Assembly (NCBI GenBank): GCA_965203275.1
Contig: OZ241865.1
Span: 2,272,001 to 2,336,000, forward strand
Source of the DNA: Bdellovibrionales bacterium
Lineage (GTDB): Bacteria; Bdellovibrionota; Bdellovibrionia; Bdellovibrionales; JAUICD01
Length of the DNA: 64,000 nucleotides
Reading direction: 5' to 3'
Part shown: piece by piece, positions 42,692 to 52,293 of the stretch
How positions within the stretch are numbered: position 1 is the first letter of the stretch
Layout of the letters: each line of letters starts with the position of its first letter
Translations under genes and position numbers: made by a program
The notes under the pieces: model-generated
What the model saw: the letters and a program-made list of their open reading frames with translations, nothing else
What the model was told of the DNA's origin: nothing
The model's database searches: none

Positions 42692-42897
42692 TTAAAATTG
42701 TAATCCCTTTTCACGAGCAGCATCTGCCAAGGACTTGATACGACCATGATATAAATAGCCACTGCGATCAAATTTGACAGATTTAATGTTTTTCTCTAAA
42801 GCTATTTGGGCTATTTTAAACCCAAGAGACTTAGCTGTCTCTTTATTATTTTTAGCTTCCTTAAGTGAGGAAGCAAAAGCTAATGTTTTTTTCATTT
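42692..42897 (-). pseudogene. Duplicated 3' two-thirds of rplR
   Basis: Identical to 42999-43204 except three synonymous changes; 5' end replaced by a Family B unit. Confidence 0.8.
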
Positions 42898-42998
42898 GTT
42901 TCTTGGGCAATCCTCAAAGAGGCTTGCCTGTCATTCTCCTGTGTTCCTTCGTTCATCATCGTCACATAGGACCCTTGCTTAGACTGCTCATTTCATTT
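42895..42998. repeat. Single Family B unit
   Basis: CTTGGGCAATCCTCAAAGAGGCTTGCCTGTCATT...GACTGCTCATT. Confidence 0.9.
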
Positions 42999-43361
42999 TT
43001 AAAATTGTAATCCCTTTTCACGAGCAGCATCTGCCAAGGATTTGATACGACCATGATATAGATAGCCACTGCGGTCAAATTTGACAGATTTAATGTTTTT
43101 CTCTAAAGCTATTTGGGCTATTTTAAACCCAAGAGACTTAGCTGTCTCTTTATTATTTTTAGCTTCCTTAAGTGAGGAAGCAAAAGCTAATGTTTTTTTC
43201 ATTTGATCGTCAATAACTTGGGCATAAATGTATTTATTGGACCGAAATACAGCCAATCGAGGTCTTTCACTAGTACCCTCTAGCTTCTTTCTAATATGAA
43301 CTCGATTTTTTAACCGAGATATGACTTTTTTTGCAGTGGATTTATGTATTTGTAATCTCAT
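42999..43361 (-). CDS. rplR: 50S protein L18
   Basis: [41 protein letters not shown]. Confidence 0.97.
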   Translation of the reverse strand: MRLQIHKSTAKKVISRLKNRVHIRKKLEGTSERPRLAVFRSNKYIYAQVIDDQMKKTLAFASSLKEAKNNKETAKSLGFKIAQIALEKNIKSVKFDRSGYLYHGRIKSLADAAREKGLQF

Positions 43362-43446
43362 TTCTTTCCTTCTTTGGACAATTTGCTAAAACAACTGACT
43401 TGTCATTTTCTCACACCTATAAGCTTGCCTATCATAGAAAACCTGC

Positions 43447-43995
43447 TTACTTACTTCCTGTCTTCCCTGCTTTACGTTTGATCGTTTCATCTGAGTATTT
43501 AACTCCTTTGCCTAAGTAAGGCTCTGGTGGTCTAAAAGATCGTATCTTTGCTGCTAGTTGCCCTACGACTTGTTTATTTGATCCCTTAATATGTACAGTG
43601 GTTTGTTTGTCAACTTTCACTTCAATATTTGATGGTAACTTTAAAACAATAGGATGACTATAACCTAAACTTAATTCTAAAGCACTTCCTTTGACAGTGG
43701 CCCTATAACCTACACCTTTCATTTCCAATGTTTTTGTCCAACCATCTGTGACACCCTTGACAGCATTGTAAACCAAAGACCTATAAAGTCCATGCAGAGA
43801 TCGACTTGTCTTTGAATCATCTTTTCTAGTTAATAAAATAGCGTTATCTTTAATAGAAGCCGATATTGCAGGTTTCATACAAATCACTTGAGCCAATCCA
43901 GAGGCTCCTTTGATCTTGACCTCACGGCCATTATCAAGAATGTCTACTTGGATATTTGATCCAAACATAATCGGAAGTTTACCAATTCTAGACAT
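43447..43995 (-). CDS. rplF: 50S protein L6
   Basis: MSRIGKLPI, GVGYRA, LGYSHP, RPPEPYLGKGVKY. Confidence 0.97.
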   Translation of the reverse strand: MSRIGKLPIMFGSNIQVDILDNGREVKIKGASGLAQVICMKPAISASIKDNAILLTRKDDSKTSRSLHGLYRSLVYNAVKGVTDGWTKTLEMKGVGYRATVKGSALELSLGYSHPIVLKLPSNIEVKVDKQTTVHIKGSNKQVVGQLAAKIRSFRPPEPYLGKGVKYSDETIKRKAGKTGSK

Positions 43996-44008
43996 CATCT
44001 AAACCCTT

Positions 44009-44412
44009 TGTTTGTTCGTTCTTGGGTAAGTCGCAAGGCGACTTACCTGTCATTATCCTGTGTTCCTTCGTTCATCATCGTCATATAGGACCCTTGCTTA
44101 GACTGCTCATTTGTTTCTTGGGCAATCCGCAAGGCGGCTTGCCTGTCATTCTTTTGTATTCCTTCGTCCATCATCGTCATATAGGACATTTGCTCAAACT
44201 GCTCATTCATTTGTTCTTGGGCAATCCGCAGGGTGGCTTGCCTGTCATTCTTTTGTGTTCCTTCGCTTATCATCGTCACATAGGACCCTTGCTTAGACTG
44301 CTCATTTGTTTCTTGGGCAATCCGCAGGGTGGCTTGCCTGTCATTCTTTTGTGTTCCTTCGCCTATCATCGTCATATAGGACCCTTGCGTTCGTCGTTGG
44401 GCAATCCGCAGT
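44009..44412. repeat. Family B tandem array (4 units plus partial; periods 96, 99, 96 nt)
   Basis: CTTGGG anchors at 44021, 44117, 44216, 44312. Confidence 0.92.
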
Positions 44413-44422
44413 TAGTTTATTT

Positions 44423-44806
44423 TTACCAAACTTGAATGAGGACCTCTCCGCCCACGTTATGCTTTTTAGCTTCTTCCCCTGACATCACGCCTTTACTCGT
44501 ACTTAAAATTGAAAGCCCATAACCTGATCGCACCTGAGGTATTTGTTCTACGCCTACATATTTTCTCAAACTTGGTTTACTCACTAAACGGATAGTATTT
44601 ATTAAAGGCTTTTGTTGCTGTGTGTACTTAAGATCAATCTGTAAAACATCCTGCTTAGAATCTTTATAAACCATAAAGTTTTTGATAAAACCATTTTTCT
44701 TTAAAACAACAGCAATAGCTTTCTTTATATGTGAGTATGGTACATCTACTTGAGTGTGATTTGCCATTTGGGCATTTCTTATACGGGTAATAAAATCAGC
44801 AATCAT
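44423..44806 (-). CDS. rpsH: 30S protein S8
   Basis: IADFITRIRNA, SKPSLRKY, ILSTSKGVM, GGEVL. Confidence 0.97.
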   Translation of the reverse strand: MIADFITRIRNAQMANHTQVDVPYSHIKKAIAVVLKKNGFIKNFMVYKDSKQDVLQIDLKYTQQQKPLINTIRLVSKPSLRKYVGVEQIPQVRSGYGLSILSTSKGVMSGEEAKKHNVGGEVLIQVW

Positions 44807-44830
44807 TGATTGAACTCCTTTTAATCTGTA

Positions 44831-45016
44831 TTACCAACTAGCTTTGATCACTCCAGGAATTAAACCATTACCTGCTCTCTGTCTGAAGCAAATACGGCAC
44901 ATTGCAAATTTTCGCATATAGCTACGTGGCCTTCCACAAATAAGACAACGATTATATTTTCTGACTTTAAATCTTGGCTTTTTTTGAGCCTTAGCAATCA
45001 TTGCTTTTTTAGCCAT
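44831..45016 (-). CDS. rpsZ: 30S protein S14 type Z
   Basis: 61 aa; RCLICGRPR...CRICFR...PGVIKASW. Confidence 0.95.
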   Translation of the reverse strand: MAKKAMIAKAQKKPRFKVRKYNRCLICGRPRSYMRKFAMCRICFRQRAGNGLIPGVIKASW

Positions 45017-45044
45017 ATCTCTACTTTTTCCTTTTAGGCTTTCT

Positions 45045-45181
45045 GTTCATTCGTTCGTTCTTGGGCAATCCTCAAAGAGGCTTGCCTGTCATTCTCCTGT
45101 GTTCCTTCGCCCATCATCGTCATATAGGACCTTTGCTTTTGATTTGTTCTTGGGCAATCCTCAAAGAGGCTTGCCTGTTAT
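45045..45181. repeat. Family B units (about 1.4 copies)
   Basis: GTTCTTGGGCAATCCTCAAAGAGGCTTGCCTGT occurs twice. Confidence 0.88.
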
Positions 45182-45183
45182 TG

Positions 45184-45729
45184 TTATTTCTTCTTAAAAG
45201 GCATGCCCAGAGAATCCAATAAAGCTAATCCTTCTTTATTTGTTTTTGCTGATGTGCAAATAGAAATATTCATCCCTCTAATCTGATCAATTTTATCATA
45301 ATTAATTTCAGGGAAAACAATTTGCTCTCTAAGTCCCATATTAAAATTGCCTCTGCCATCAAAGCCTTGTGGGGAAATACCTCTAAAGTCCCTTACACGT
45401 GGAAGAGCTAAACAAATTAAACGATCTAAAAAAGCCCACATTTTTTCCCTTCTCAGAGTGACATAAGCCCCTAATGCCATACCTTTCCTTAATTTAAAAT
45501 TAGCAATAGCTTTTTTTGCCCTCGCTGTGCAAGCTTTTTGTCCTGTCACTTGAGCTAGTTCTGCTTCTATCACATTGACAATTTTAGAATTTTTAACAGC
45601 TTCTTTGCCAGCACACACACTCACTACAATTTTTTTAAGCTTAGGTACCTGCATAACAGAGCCACAAGCAAGTTGCTCCTTAAGCTTTAATTTAACTTCT
45701 GAATGATACTTTTTTTGTAGTCTTTGCAT
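45184..45729 (-). CDS. rplE: 50S protein L5
   Basis: LPRVRDFRG, FDGRGNF, EQIVFPEI. Confidence 0.97.
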   Translation of the reverse strand: MQRLQKKYHSEVKLKLKEQLACGSVMQVPKLKKIVVSVCAGKEAVKNSKIVNVIEAELAQVTGQKACTARAKKAIANFKLRKGMALGAYVTLRREKMWAFLDRLICLALPRVRDFRGISPQGFDGRGNFNMGLREQIVFPEINYDKIDQIRGMNISICTSAKTNKEGLALLDSLGMPFKKK

Positions 45730-45763
45730 TGTTTCCCTTACATGTTCCCTTTTTATGTTATGT

Positions 45764-45848
45764 ATTATGATATAGCCCTATATGAAGAGTCAAGATACTT
45801 TTAAAAAGTATAAAAAACCAATTTATATCACTTTATAAAAGGAGTCAA
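45764..45848 (-). promoter_or_regulatory. Putative tandem sigma70 promoters for the detached rplE-rplQ operon
   Basis: TTGACT-N18-CATAAT and TTGACT-N17-TAAATT on the minus strand upstream of rplE. Confidence 0.45.
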
Positions 45849-45875
45849 GAAAGCCATTTAAATCATAACAAATAC

Positions 45876-45906
45876 AAAAAGGCAAGCAAATTTTGCTTAC
45901 CCTTTT
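45876..45906. terminator. Intrinsic terminator-like hairpin
   Basis: AAAAAGGCAAGCAAA-TT-TTGCTTACCCTTTTT, downstream of the lipoprotein gene. Confidence 0.55.
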
Positions 45907-45938
45907 TGTTCAAACAACTCAATATTAAAATATTATTT

Positions 45939-46567
45939 CTATTTTGCTTCTTCCGGATTGGCCTGATTGGTATTATTGTTATCATCATTGGTAGCTTCTT
46001 GAGGATTGTCCTGAGCGTCTCCATTATCACCTTCTGCTTCATCTATTTCAGCAGGGAAATTACGTACCACTTCCGAATTATCTTCATCTGTGATCTGATC
46101 TAGTAAATCCTGTGGTAGGACTCCTCCTTGAGGATTATTGTTTCGAAAGGCTTCAATAGCATCTAATACATCTTCATTAACTACTTTATAAAGTGTAAGA
46201 TGGCCTGTTTCTTCACTTTCTCTTTCGCCTATAAGAACAAATCCTTCTTCAACTGCTACCTCATCTTCAGTCTCTTCTACTGGAGGGGTTGCTCCATCTG
46301 AAGTATCTGCTACTGGACTGGATCAGGTTTAGTAACATCGCTATAAAAATAAACTGCCGTTTGATCATTATCTGCAACATCATGTCTTATATTAAAATTA
46401 TAATCAACGTCAACTGTCGTATTCGTATATGTATAACCTTTATCGTTGGTATTGTTTTTTAATTTATGTTCTGTTCCATTTTGTTTGTTAGGCTTACCAC
46501 AACCTATTAAAAATATTGTAGTTAAAGCCGTTGTAAATAACAGTGTATTTTTAAGTGCGTTTTTCAT
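45939..46567 (-). pseudogene. Lipoprotein frameshifted by a 5-nt duplication
   Basis: Lipobox FLIG|C; CCAGT-CCAGT at 46312-46321. Removing one copy gives a continuous 207-aa acidic ORF ending at TAG 45939. Confidence 0.75.
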
Positions 46568-46796
46568 TTTAACCCCCTCTAATGGTTTTAATTATTTTTA
46601 TTAATGACTTTTTTAAAGCTTATCTTTAAGGATAAAAAAATAAAAAATACTTTGTCTATTGTTTTTTATTTTTTACCTATATATTATTATTACATAAGTT
46701 TAAGGTCTAAATTGTCAAACCTCATATCTTTAGTCCTGACTTTAGGTATAACGCACCGCATCAACGCCCCTTTTATTTAAGTAAAATGAAATAACT

Positions 46797-48146
46797 ATGA
46801 AGATAAAAAAAGGAGAAAATGATCTGGAAAATAAATATAGTTTTCAAGAAATACAAAATTTAATGAACCAACGCAATCTTATGCCTTGCAAGCTACCTAC
46901 ACTTAAGGCTATGCAAAGAGGATTTGATCATCTCATACAAAATAATCCATCTATATCTTCTAATTTAACAAAATCAAAAGTTATTTTAATTGCAGGGACA
47001 AATGGCAAAGGCACAGTTGCAAAAACTTTACAAACCCTTCTGACTGAAAATAATCAATACGTAGGTCTTTTTACTTCACCACACCTTATGTCTATTTGTG
47101 AAAGCATACAAATTGACGGACAACCTCTTAGTGAAGATTTGTTTGTTAAATGTTTCCACTTGCTTTTTGATATTTATCAAAAGTGGCATTTAAGTCATTT
47201 TGAAATGCTTACATTAATGACTACAGAGTTATTTTTTGGTCATCGTATTTCACCCTCTGTTAAATATGCTATTTTTGAAGTAGGTATGGGAGGTAAGTTA
47301 GATGCTACAAACGTTATTCCACATGACTTATCTATCATTACACAAATAAGTTATGATCACCAACATTTATTAGGATATAACTTAGAAGATATTGCAAAAC
47401 ATAAGTTAGGTATTATTTCCAAAAACAATCAAGTGGTTGCTGCTAGCTGTTTTTGGCAAAATCCTCGATTGGCTTCTCTTAAAAAAAACATACAAAAACA
47501 AACACAATCTCAATGGCATACAGTTGATTCTTTCAGTTATCAAACTCAGTACTCTCCACCAGAAGGTTTTATTTCTATCTATGGTCAAAAGCAGAAGATG
47601 GGTTTATTAGGAAGAAGATCTGCTGAAAATACAGCTATGGCATTAAAGGCTTATCAGTTATTAGGTTTTAACCCACAAGCCCATTTGAAAACTCTTGCTA
47701 AGGTGCAGTGGAAAGGACGCATGCATCAAGAAAACATAACTTTCTGCCCTTGCTCTGTTTATTTTTCAGGAGATCATAATAAGCAAGGTATTGAAAGCTT
47801 GATTGAAATTTTAAAAGACTTTCATTACAAAAATATTTATTTTTTAGTCAGTGTGGGGCAAGCAAAAGATCCAGAAGATATTTTGTCAGACCTTTTCAAT
47901 GTTAAGAATGCATTTATTTATTTAACAACAGCCCATTTTAGAGGAATGCAAAAATCTGAATATAGACAGTGGCTTTCAAAGGTTTCTGGTTATATTGCAA
48001 AACCACAAGAAGCTTTTTTGCAGATATGTAAAAAATGTCAAAAAGATGATTTGTTTGTTGTAACAGGTTCTCTTTATTTAGTAGGAGAACTCATGTCTTA
48101 TCTCAAGTCAAAGGAATCTATTCCAAGTGGATGTGAATCTAAATAA
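46797..48146 (+). CDS. folC: Folylpolyglutamate/dihydrofolate synthase
   Basis: IAGTNGKG, FTSPHL, FEVGMGGKLDATN, VTGSLYLVGE. Confidence 0.93.
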   Translation: MKIKKGENDLENKYSFQEIQNLMNQRNLMPCKLPTLKAMQRGFDHLIQNNPSISSNLTKSKVILIAGTNGKGTVAKTLQTLLTENNQYVGLFTSPHLMSICESIQIDGQPLSEDLFVKCFHLLFDIYQKWHLSHFEMLTLMTTELFFGHRISPSVKYAIFEVGMGGKLDATNVIPHDLSIITQISYDHQHLLGYNLEDIAKHKLGIISKNNQVVAASCFWQNPRLASLKKNIQKQTQSQWHTVDSFSYQTQYSPPEGFISIYGQKQKMGLLGRRSAENTAMALKAYQLLGFNPQAHLKTLAKVQWKGRMHQENITFCPCSVYFSGDHNKQGIESLIEILKDFHYKNIYFLVSVGQAKDPEDILSDLFNVKNAFIYLTTAHFRGMQKSEYRQWLSKVSGYIAKPQEAFLQICKKCQKDDLFVVTGSLYLVGELMSYLKSKESIPSGCESK

Positions 48147-51100
48147 ATAATAAATAATTTAATTTTTTGTTGTGGATATTTTTCAGCTAAAGCTTCCCCA
48201 TAATATCTTAACTGCTTGCGTTCTTTTTGATGATCCGTCTTCTGGCCTGTCTTATAATCCACAATGTAAAGCACATCTCCTATAATACCCCATAGATCAA
48301 TCTTCCCTTCAATAATTTGCTTCTCCGAATGGTGATAGTGTAAAAAAGACCACTCTGAATACCCTTTCATTAAAAGTTGTTTGATAGGAGGTTCCTCTAA
48401 AGATAATAAAGATACAATAGATTGAATGATCTGCTGATGTGTGTTCTTTTGAAAATAACATGAAAAGTGTTTCTCAATGATGTCTTGTGGCTTTTCTTCT
48501 ATAAAGTGTGGATTTAAACAAAATGCTTGAAGTAATCTATGAAAAGCACTGCCTAAGTGCATTTTTTCTACCTTTTTTAAAAGCATATATTTGTTACTTT
48601 TTTGTTTTGTTAGCTCTACTGATGGTTTTTTCTCTTGGAGTAGCTCTGTCACACTCATTCGCTGTATATTTGTTTTGTGATCGAGATCTAGTTGTAATTT
48701 TTCTTTGGTGGATTGACTTTCTGCATTTTGTTTTATATTCAAAGGAGGCATTTGACCATCAAAATCTTTGATTGCATAGCTATAATGCGTACAGATTTGT
48801 TTCCCTATAATTTCTGGAGGTATCCACAAATGACATTTGCTACGATCTTGCCAACTATCTTTGGCAATCTTCTGACTGTGACAAAAAAGATGAACTGACT
48901 TTTTAGCTCTTGTCATAGCTACATACAATAACCTGTCGGATTCCATTTGTTCTCTTTTTTTGATCTCCTCTACTGCAAGATCACCTAATAAAGAGTGTTT
49001 TTTTGTGTCATCTTTATTTTTAAGGCCGATGCCCCATAAATGATCACGTTGTGATCCCTCTCTTTCTAAAACAAAAAAAGGCTTTGCTGTAGTTGTGTAC
49101 TCAGGAGCTTCATTGACATGAGGGATTAAGACATGTTGAAATTCTAAACCTTTTGATTTATGCACTGTCATCAATTGCAAGCGATGGGATTGTAAGGAAG
49201 GTACAGCATCAGATTGCAAGTCATTAGGGGATAAAAAATCTAAAGTAAACTTTAAATAGTTAAACCCTGGTTGTTGTTCTTCTGATTGTATTTGTATAAA
49301 GTACTTCCAAATATGAGCTTCAAGATCACCTGAGCCATCATACATCTTACAAAAATCAATCATACCTAAACTTATGCAAGCTTTTTTAAGAGCTTCAGTT
49401 ATGCCTAGTGTATCGGCATCTTGAATCCATTTTTTTAACTTTGTTTTTAAAGATTCCCAATCTTGATTTTGCAAAGATAAAAGTGTTTGCCAAAGAGAAT
49501 TTAGCTTTTTGTTTTGATATTCATTCATTAAAATATGAAGGTCTGATATAGATAGTCTAATCCAAATAGACCTTAAAACCTCTATTAAATTCAAATCATT
49601 GTAAGGATTGAGGATAAATTTTAAAATGTTATTAATGGACCTTATATATTTAGGAGGAGTTTTTTCTGATGTGAATAAATGATAAGGAATAGAATATTGT
49701 GTCAGCTTTTTAGCTATGCGAGAAAGATGGTGATTCTTTCTACAAATAATAGATATGTCAGAGTAAGAAGCTCCTTTGTTTAACAATTCAATCACCTCTG
49801 CTACCACTCCTTGATCGTGTATTTCATTTTTATTGTGTCTTATGTTGTATTTTGAGGATTCTTTAGAAGTATCAAAGGTTTGTGTGTCTTGATAGCGGGT
49901 GAATAAAGCCACAGGGTGAATCGTTTGAAAGTCTAAAGATTTTGGTTTGATCACTGCAAAAGGACTTTGCATATTTTGAAAGAAATCATTAAAAAAACAA
50001 ACAAGACTTGGTTGAGCTCTGTAGTTTGTATCAAGTTTTTGTGTGTTTTGTATGGACTTTTGTTTATCTTCAAAAACTTCAGATCTTGCTCCTCTGAAAA
50101 GATAAATACTTTGTTGAGGATCTCCTACGATAAATTCTTGGGAGGAACCCTTCAAATGATTTAAAATTTTTGCTTGTATAGGTGTAGTGTCTTGATATTC
50201 GTCAATCAGCCAATAATCCCATTCTTTAGAAAAAGATTGAATAGTGTTAGGATGGTTTTTTAAAATTTTTAATATGACAAACTCTAAGTCTCTTATGGAC
50301 ATCAACCCATGGGCTTGTTTGACACTTTCAAAAACAAGGACAAACTGTTGAGCTAAATGATCAAAAAGTGAAAAATATTCAGCATATTGTTTTAAGTATT
50401 TTGTCTGATAAAGATGTTCTTTTTCAAAAAAGCTTTTCCAATCTTTGAATGCAGGTATTTTGAAATATTTTTTTGTATCTTTATGTGCTTTAAGGCTATC
50501 AAAGTTTTTATTAATAAATTTTAGAGAGTCTAAAAGAGTTTCATAAGATTGATTTTGAGTTTCATCAGAGTTATTAAAATATTGATGAAGATGAGAACTT
50601 ATGTTGAGGTTTTTGTAAAAATCAAGACAATACAAGTTCTGCCAGAGGCTTTTGATTTTATGGATGTTCATAGCTATAAGGTCTTCTGTGGATGGTGGTT
50701 TAAGATTTTGAAAAGTATAAAAAGATGATAAGTAATACAAACAGAGAGATTGCATTTGTGAAAAACTGTAATGATCAAATAACTTTTGATACTCTGCATT
50801 TTTTTTAATTAAATTTCTTAAAGTATTTAAGGCCCATTTTTTATTATTTGTAGATTCTATGATCTGAAAGCCAGGGTCATATCCTGTTTCAAAAGCATAT
50901 TGTTTTAAAAATAAGGATAATAAACCATCAATTGTAGAAACATGTATTTGACGCGTAAGGATAAAATCTTTTAAAAAATCAAATTGATTTTGAGAGTGTT
51001 TTGAATGAGAAATTTCTTGAATAGCTCTAAGGATGAGGCGTTCTTTAAGCTCTTGTGTGGCCTTTCTAGTAAAAGTTGTGACAATAACTCTGGGCCAGCG

Positions 51101-51211
51101 TTCATTTTGTTGATAAAAATGAAAAGCATAGTTTTGGATTTGTTGAATCAATTGAGTTGTTTTGCCTGCACCTGCCCCTGCTCTATAAATAGCAGATTGA
51201 TTAAGATTCAT
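48098..51211 (-). CDS. addA: AddA/RecB-like UvrD helicase-nuclease
   Basis: AGAGAGKT, TFTRKAT, LIDEYQDT, GDPQQSIYLFRGA, MTVHKSKGLEF, LYVAMTRAK, C-terminal GKIDL...VDYKTG. Confidence 0.85.
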   Translation of the reverse strand: MNLNQSAIYRAGAGAGKTTQLIQQIQNYAFHFYQQNERWPRVIVTTFTRKATQELKERLILRAIQEISHSKHSQNQFDFLKDFILTRQIHVSTIDGLLSLFLKQYAFETGYDPGFQIIESTNNKKWALNTLRNLIKKNAEYQKLFDHYSFSQMQSLCLYYLSSFYTFQNLKPPSTEDLIAMNIHKIKSLWQNLYCLDFYKNLNISSHLHQYFNNSDETQNQSYETLLDSLKFINKNFDSLKAHKDTKKYFKIPAFKDWKSFFEKEHLYQTKYLKQYAEYFSLFDHLAQQFVLVFESVKQAHGLMSIRDLEFVILKILKNHPNTIQSFSKEWDYWLIDEYQDTTPIQAKILNHLKGSSQEFIVGDPQQSIYLFRGARSEVFEDKQKSIQNTQKLDTNYRAQPSLVCFFNDFFQNMQSPFAVIKPKSLDFQTIHPVALFTRYQDTQTFDTSKESSKYNIRHNKNEIHDQGVVAEVIELLNKGASYSDISIICRKNHHLSRIAKKLTQYSIPYHLFTSEKTPPKYIRSINNILKFILNPYNDLNLIEVLRSIWIRLSISDLHILMNEYQNKKLNSLWQTLLSLQNQDWESLKTKLKKWIQDADTLGITEALKKACISLGMIDFCKMYDGSGDLEAHIWKYFIQIQSEEQQPGFNYLKFTLDFLSPNDLQSDAVPSLQSHRLQLMTVHKSKGLEFQHVLIPHVNEAPEYTTTAKPFFVLEREGSQRDHLWGIGLKNKDDTKKHSLLGDLAVEEIKKREQMESDRLLYVAMTRAKKSVHLFCHSQKIAKDSWQDRSKCHLWIPPEIIGKQICTHYSYAIKDFDGQMPPLNIKQNAESQSTKEKLQLDLDHKTNIQRMSVTELLQEKKPSVELTKQKSNKYMLLKKVEKMHLGSAFHRLLQAFCLNPHFIEEKPQDIIEKHFSCYFQKNTHQQIIQSIVSLLSLEEPPIKQLLMKGYSEWSFLHYHHSEKQIIEGKIDLWGIIGDVLYIVDYKTGQKTDHQKERKQLRYYGEALAEKYPQQKIKLFIIYLDSHPLGIDSFDLR

Positions 51212-51374
51212 AAAAGTACCTCTTTGTTGGAATCGTGATGGCTTTGACTTGCTTGTTATAGTATCTTTTGATAAATTTTACAATACTAACGTTTTATATC
51301 TTTTAACAATTTTGAGGTAAATTAAAACAACCCCATATAAAACAAGTTATTTACTTAAGTTATTATTGTTTTAG

Positions 51375-52271
51375 GTGAGCAGGCCCATGCAACATATACA
51401 CAATACATTTTTTCAACAAGTTCATCATCAGACAAGTTGTGTTTCAAGACAAACCAATACAGATATTTTAAAATGGCTAGATAAAATCTATTGTGGTGAT
51501 TGTTTGGAAGTCATGCAAAAGATACCAGCAGATTCCATAGATTTGATTGTCACATCACCACCATACGCAGATGCCCGTAAGCACACTTATGGTGGCATTC
51601 TCCCAGATCGATACACACAATGGTTTTGCCAGAGAGCAAAGCAGATGTTAAGGATTTTAAAACCTACAGGTTCCTTTGTGTTGAATATTAAAGAGAAGGC
51701 CATTGATGGAGAACGTCACCCTTATGTATTAGAGTTAATTCTTGCACTTAAGAAACAAGTAGGGTTTAGATGGGTAGAAGAGTACATTTGGCATAAAACA
51801 ACATCTGCTCCTGGAAAATGGAAGTATCGTTTTAGGGATTCTTGGGAACGCATTTTACATTTTTCAAAAACAAAAAACATTAAAATGAGACAGGAGGCTG
51901 TTAAAATTCCTGTTGGTGATTGGACGAAGCAACGATTAAAAAATATGAGTCAGCGAGATTTGCTACGTCAAAATTCAGCTACCAATAGTAAAATGGGACG
52001 GCGGATTGCAGCTTGGAAGGGAAAGAAGTTAGTTTATCCAAGTAATGTTTTGCATCGCCCTCCTGTGTGCCACAATACAGGTCATAGTGCAGCTTTCCCT
52101 AAATGGTTACCAGAATTTTTTATTTTGTTGTTTACTGATCCTCAAGATATTGTACTGGATCCTTTTCTGGGGAGTGGTACAACATATCTAGTAGCTAAGA
52201 GATTAAATCGCAGACCTATTGGTATTGAGATCAATAAACTCTACATTGAAAAAATATCAGAGGATATTTAG
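51375..52271 (+). CDS. Amino-MTase (N4-C/N6-A), beta order
   Basis: TSPPY precedes DPFLGSGTT. Confidence 0.9.
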   Translation: MSRPMQHIHNTFFQQVHHQTSCVSRQTNTDILKWLDKIYCGDCLEVMQKIPADSIDLIVTSPPYADARKHTYGGILPDRYTQWFCQRAKQMLRILKPTGSFVLNIKEKAIDGERHPYVLELILALKKQVGFRWVEEYIWHKTTSAPGKWKYRFRDSWERILHFSKTKNIKMRQEAVKIPVGDWTKQRLKNMSQRDLLRQNSATNSKMGRRIAAWKGKKLVYPSNVLHRPPVCHNTGHSAAFPKWLPEFFILLFTDPQDIVLDPFLGSGTTYLVAKRLNRRPIGIEINKLYIEKISEDI

Positions 52272-52293
52272 TGAAAATCAAAATAACCCCCCA

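Noticed and set aside
42323..44412. Family B arrays as CRISPR
   Set aside because: The entire ~96-99-nt unit repeats; there are no unique spacers.
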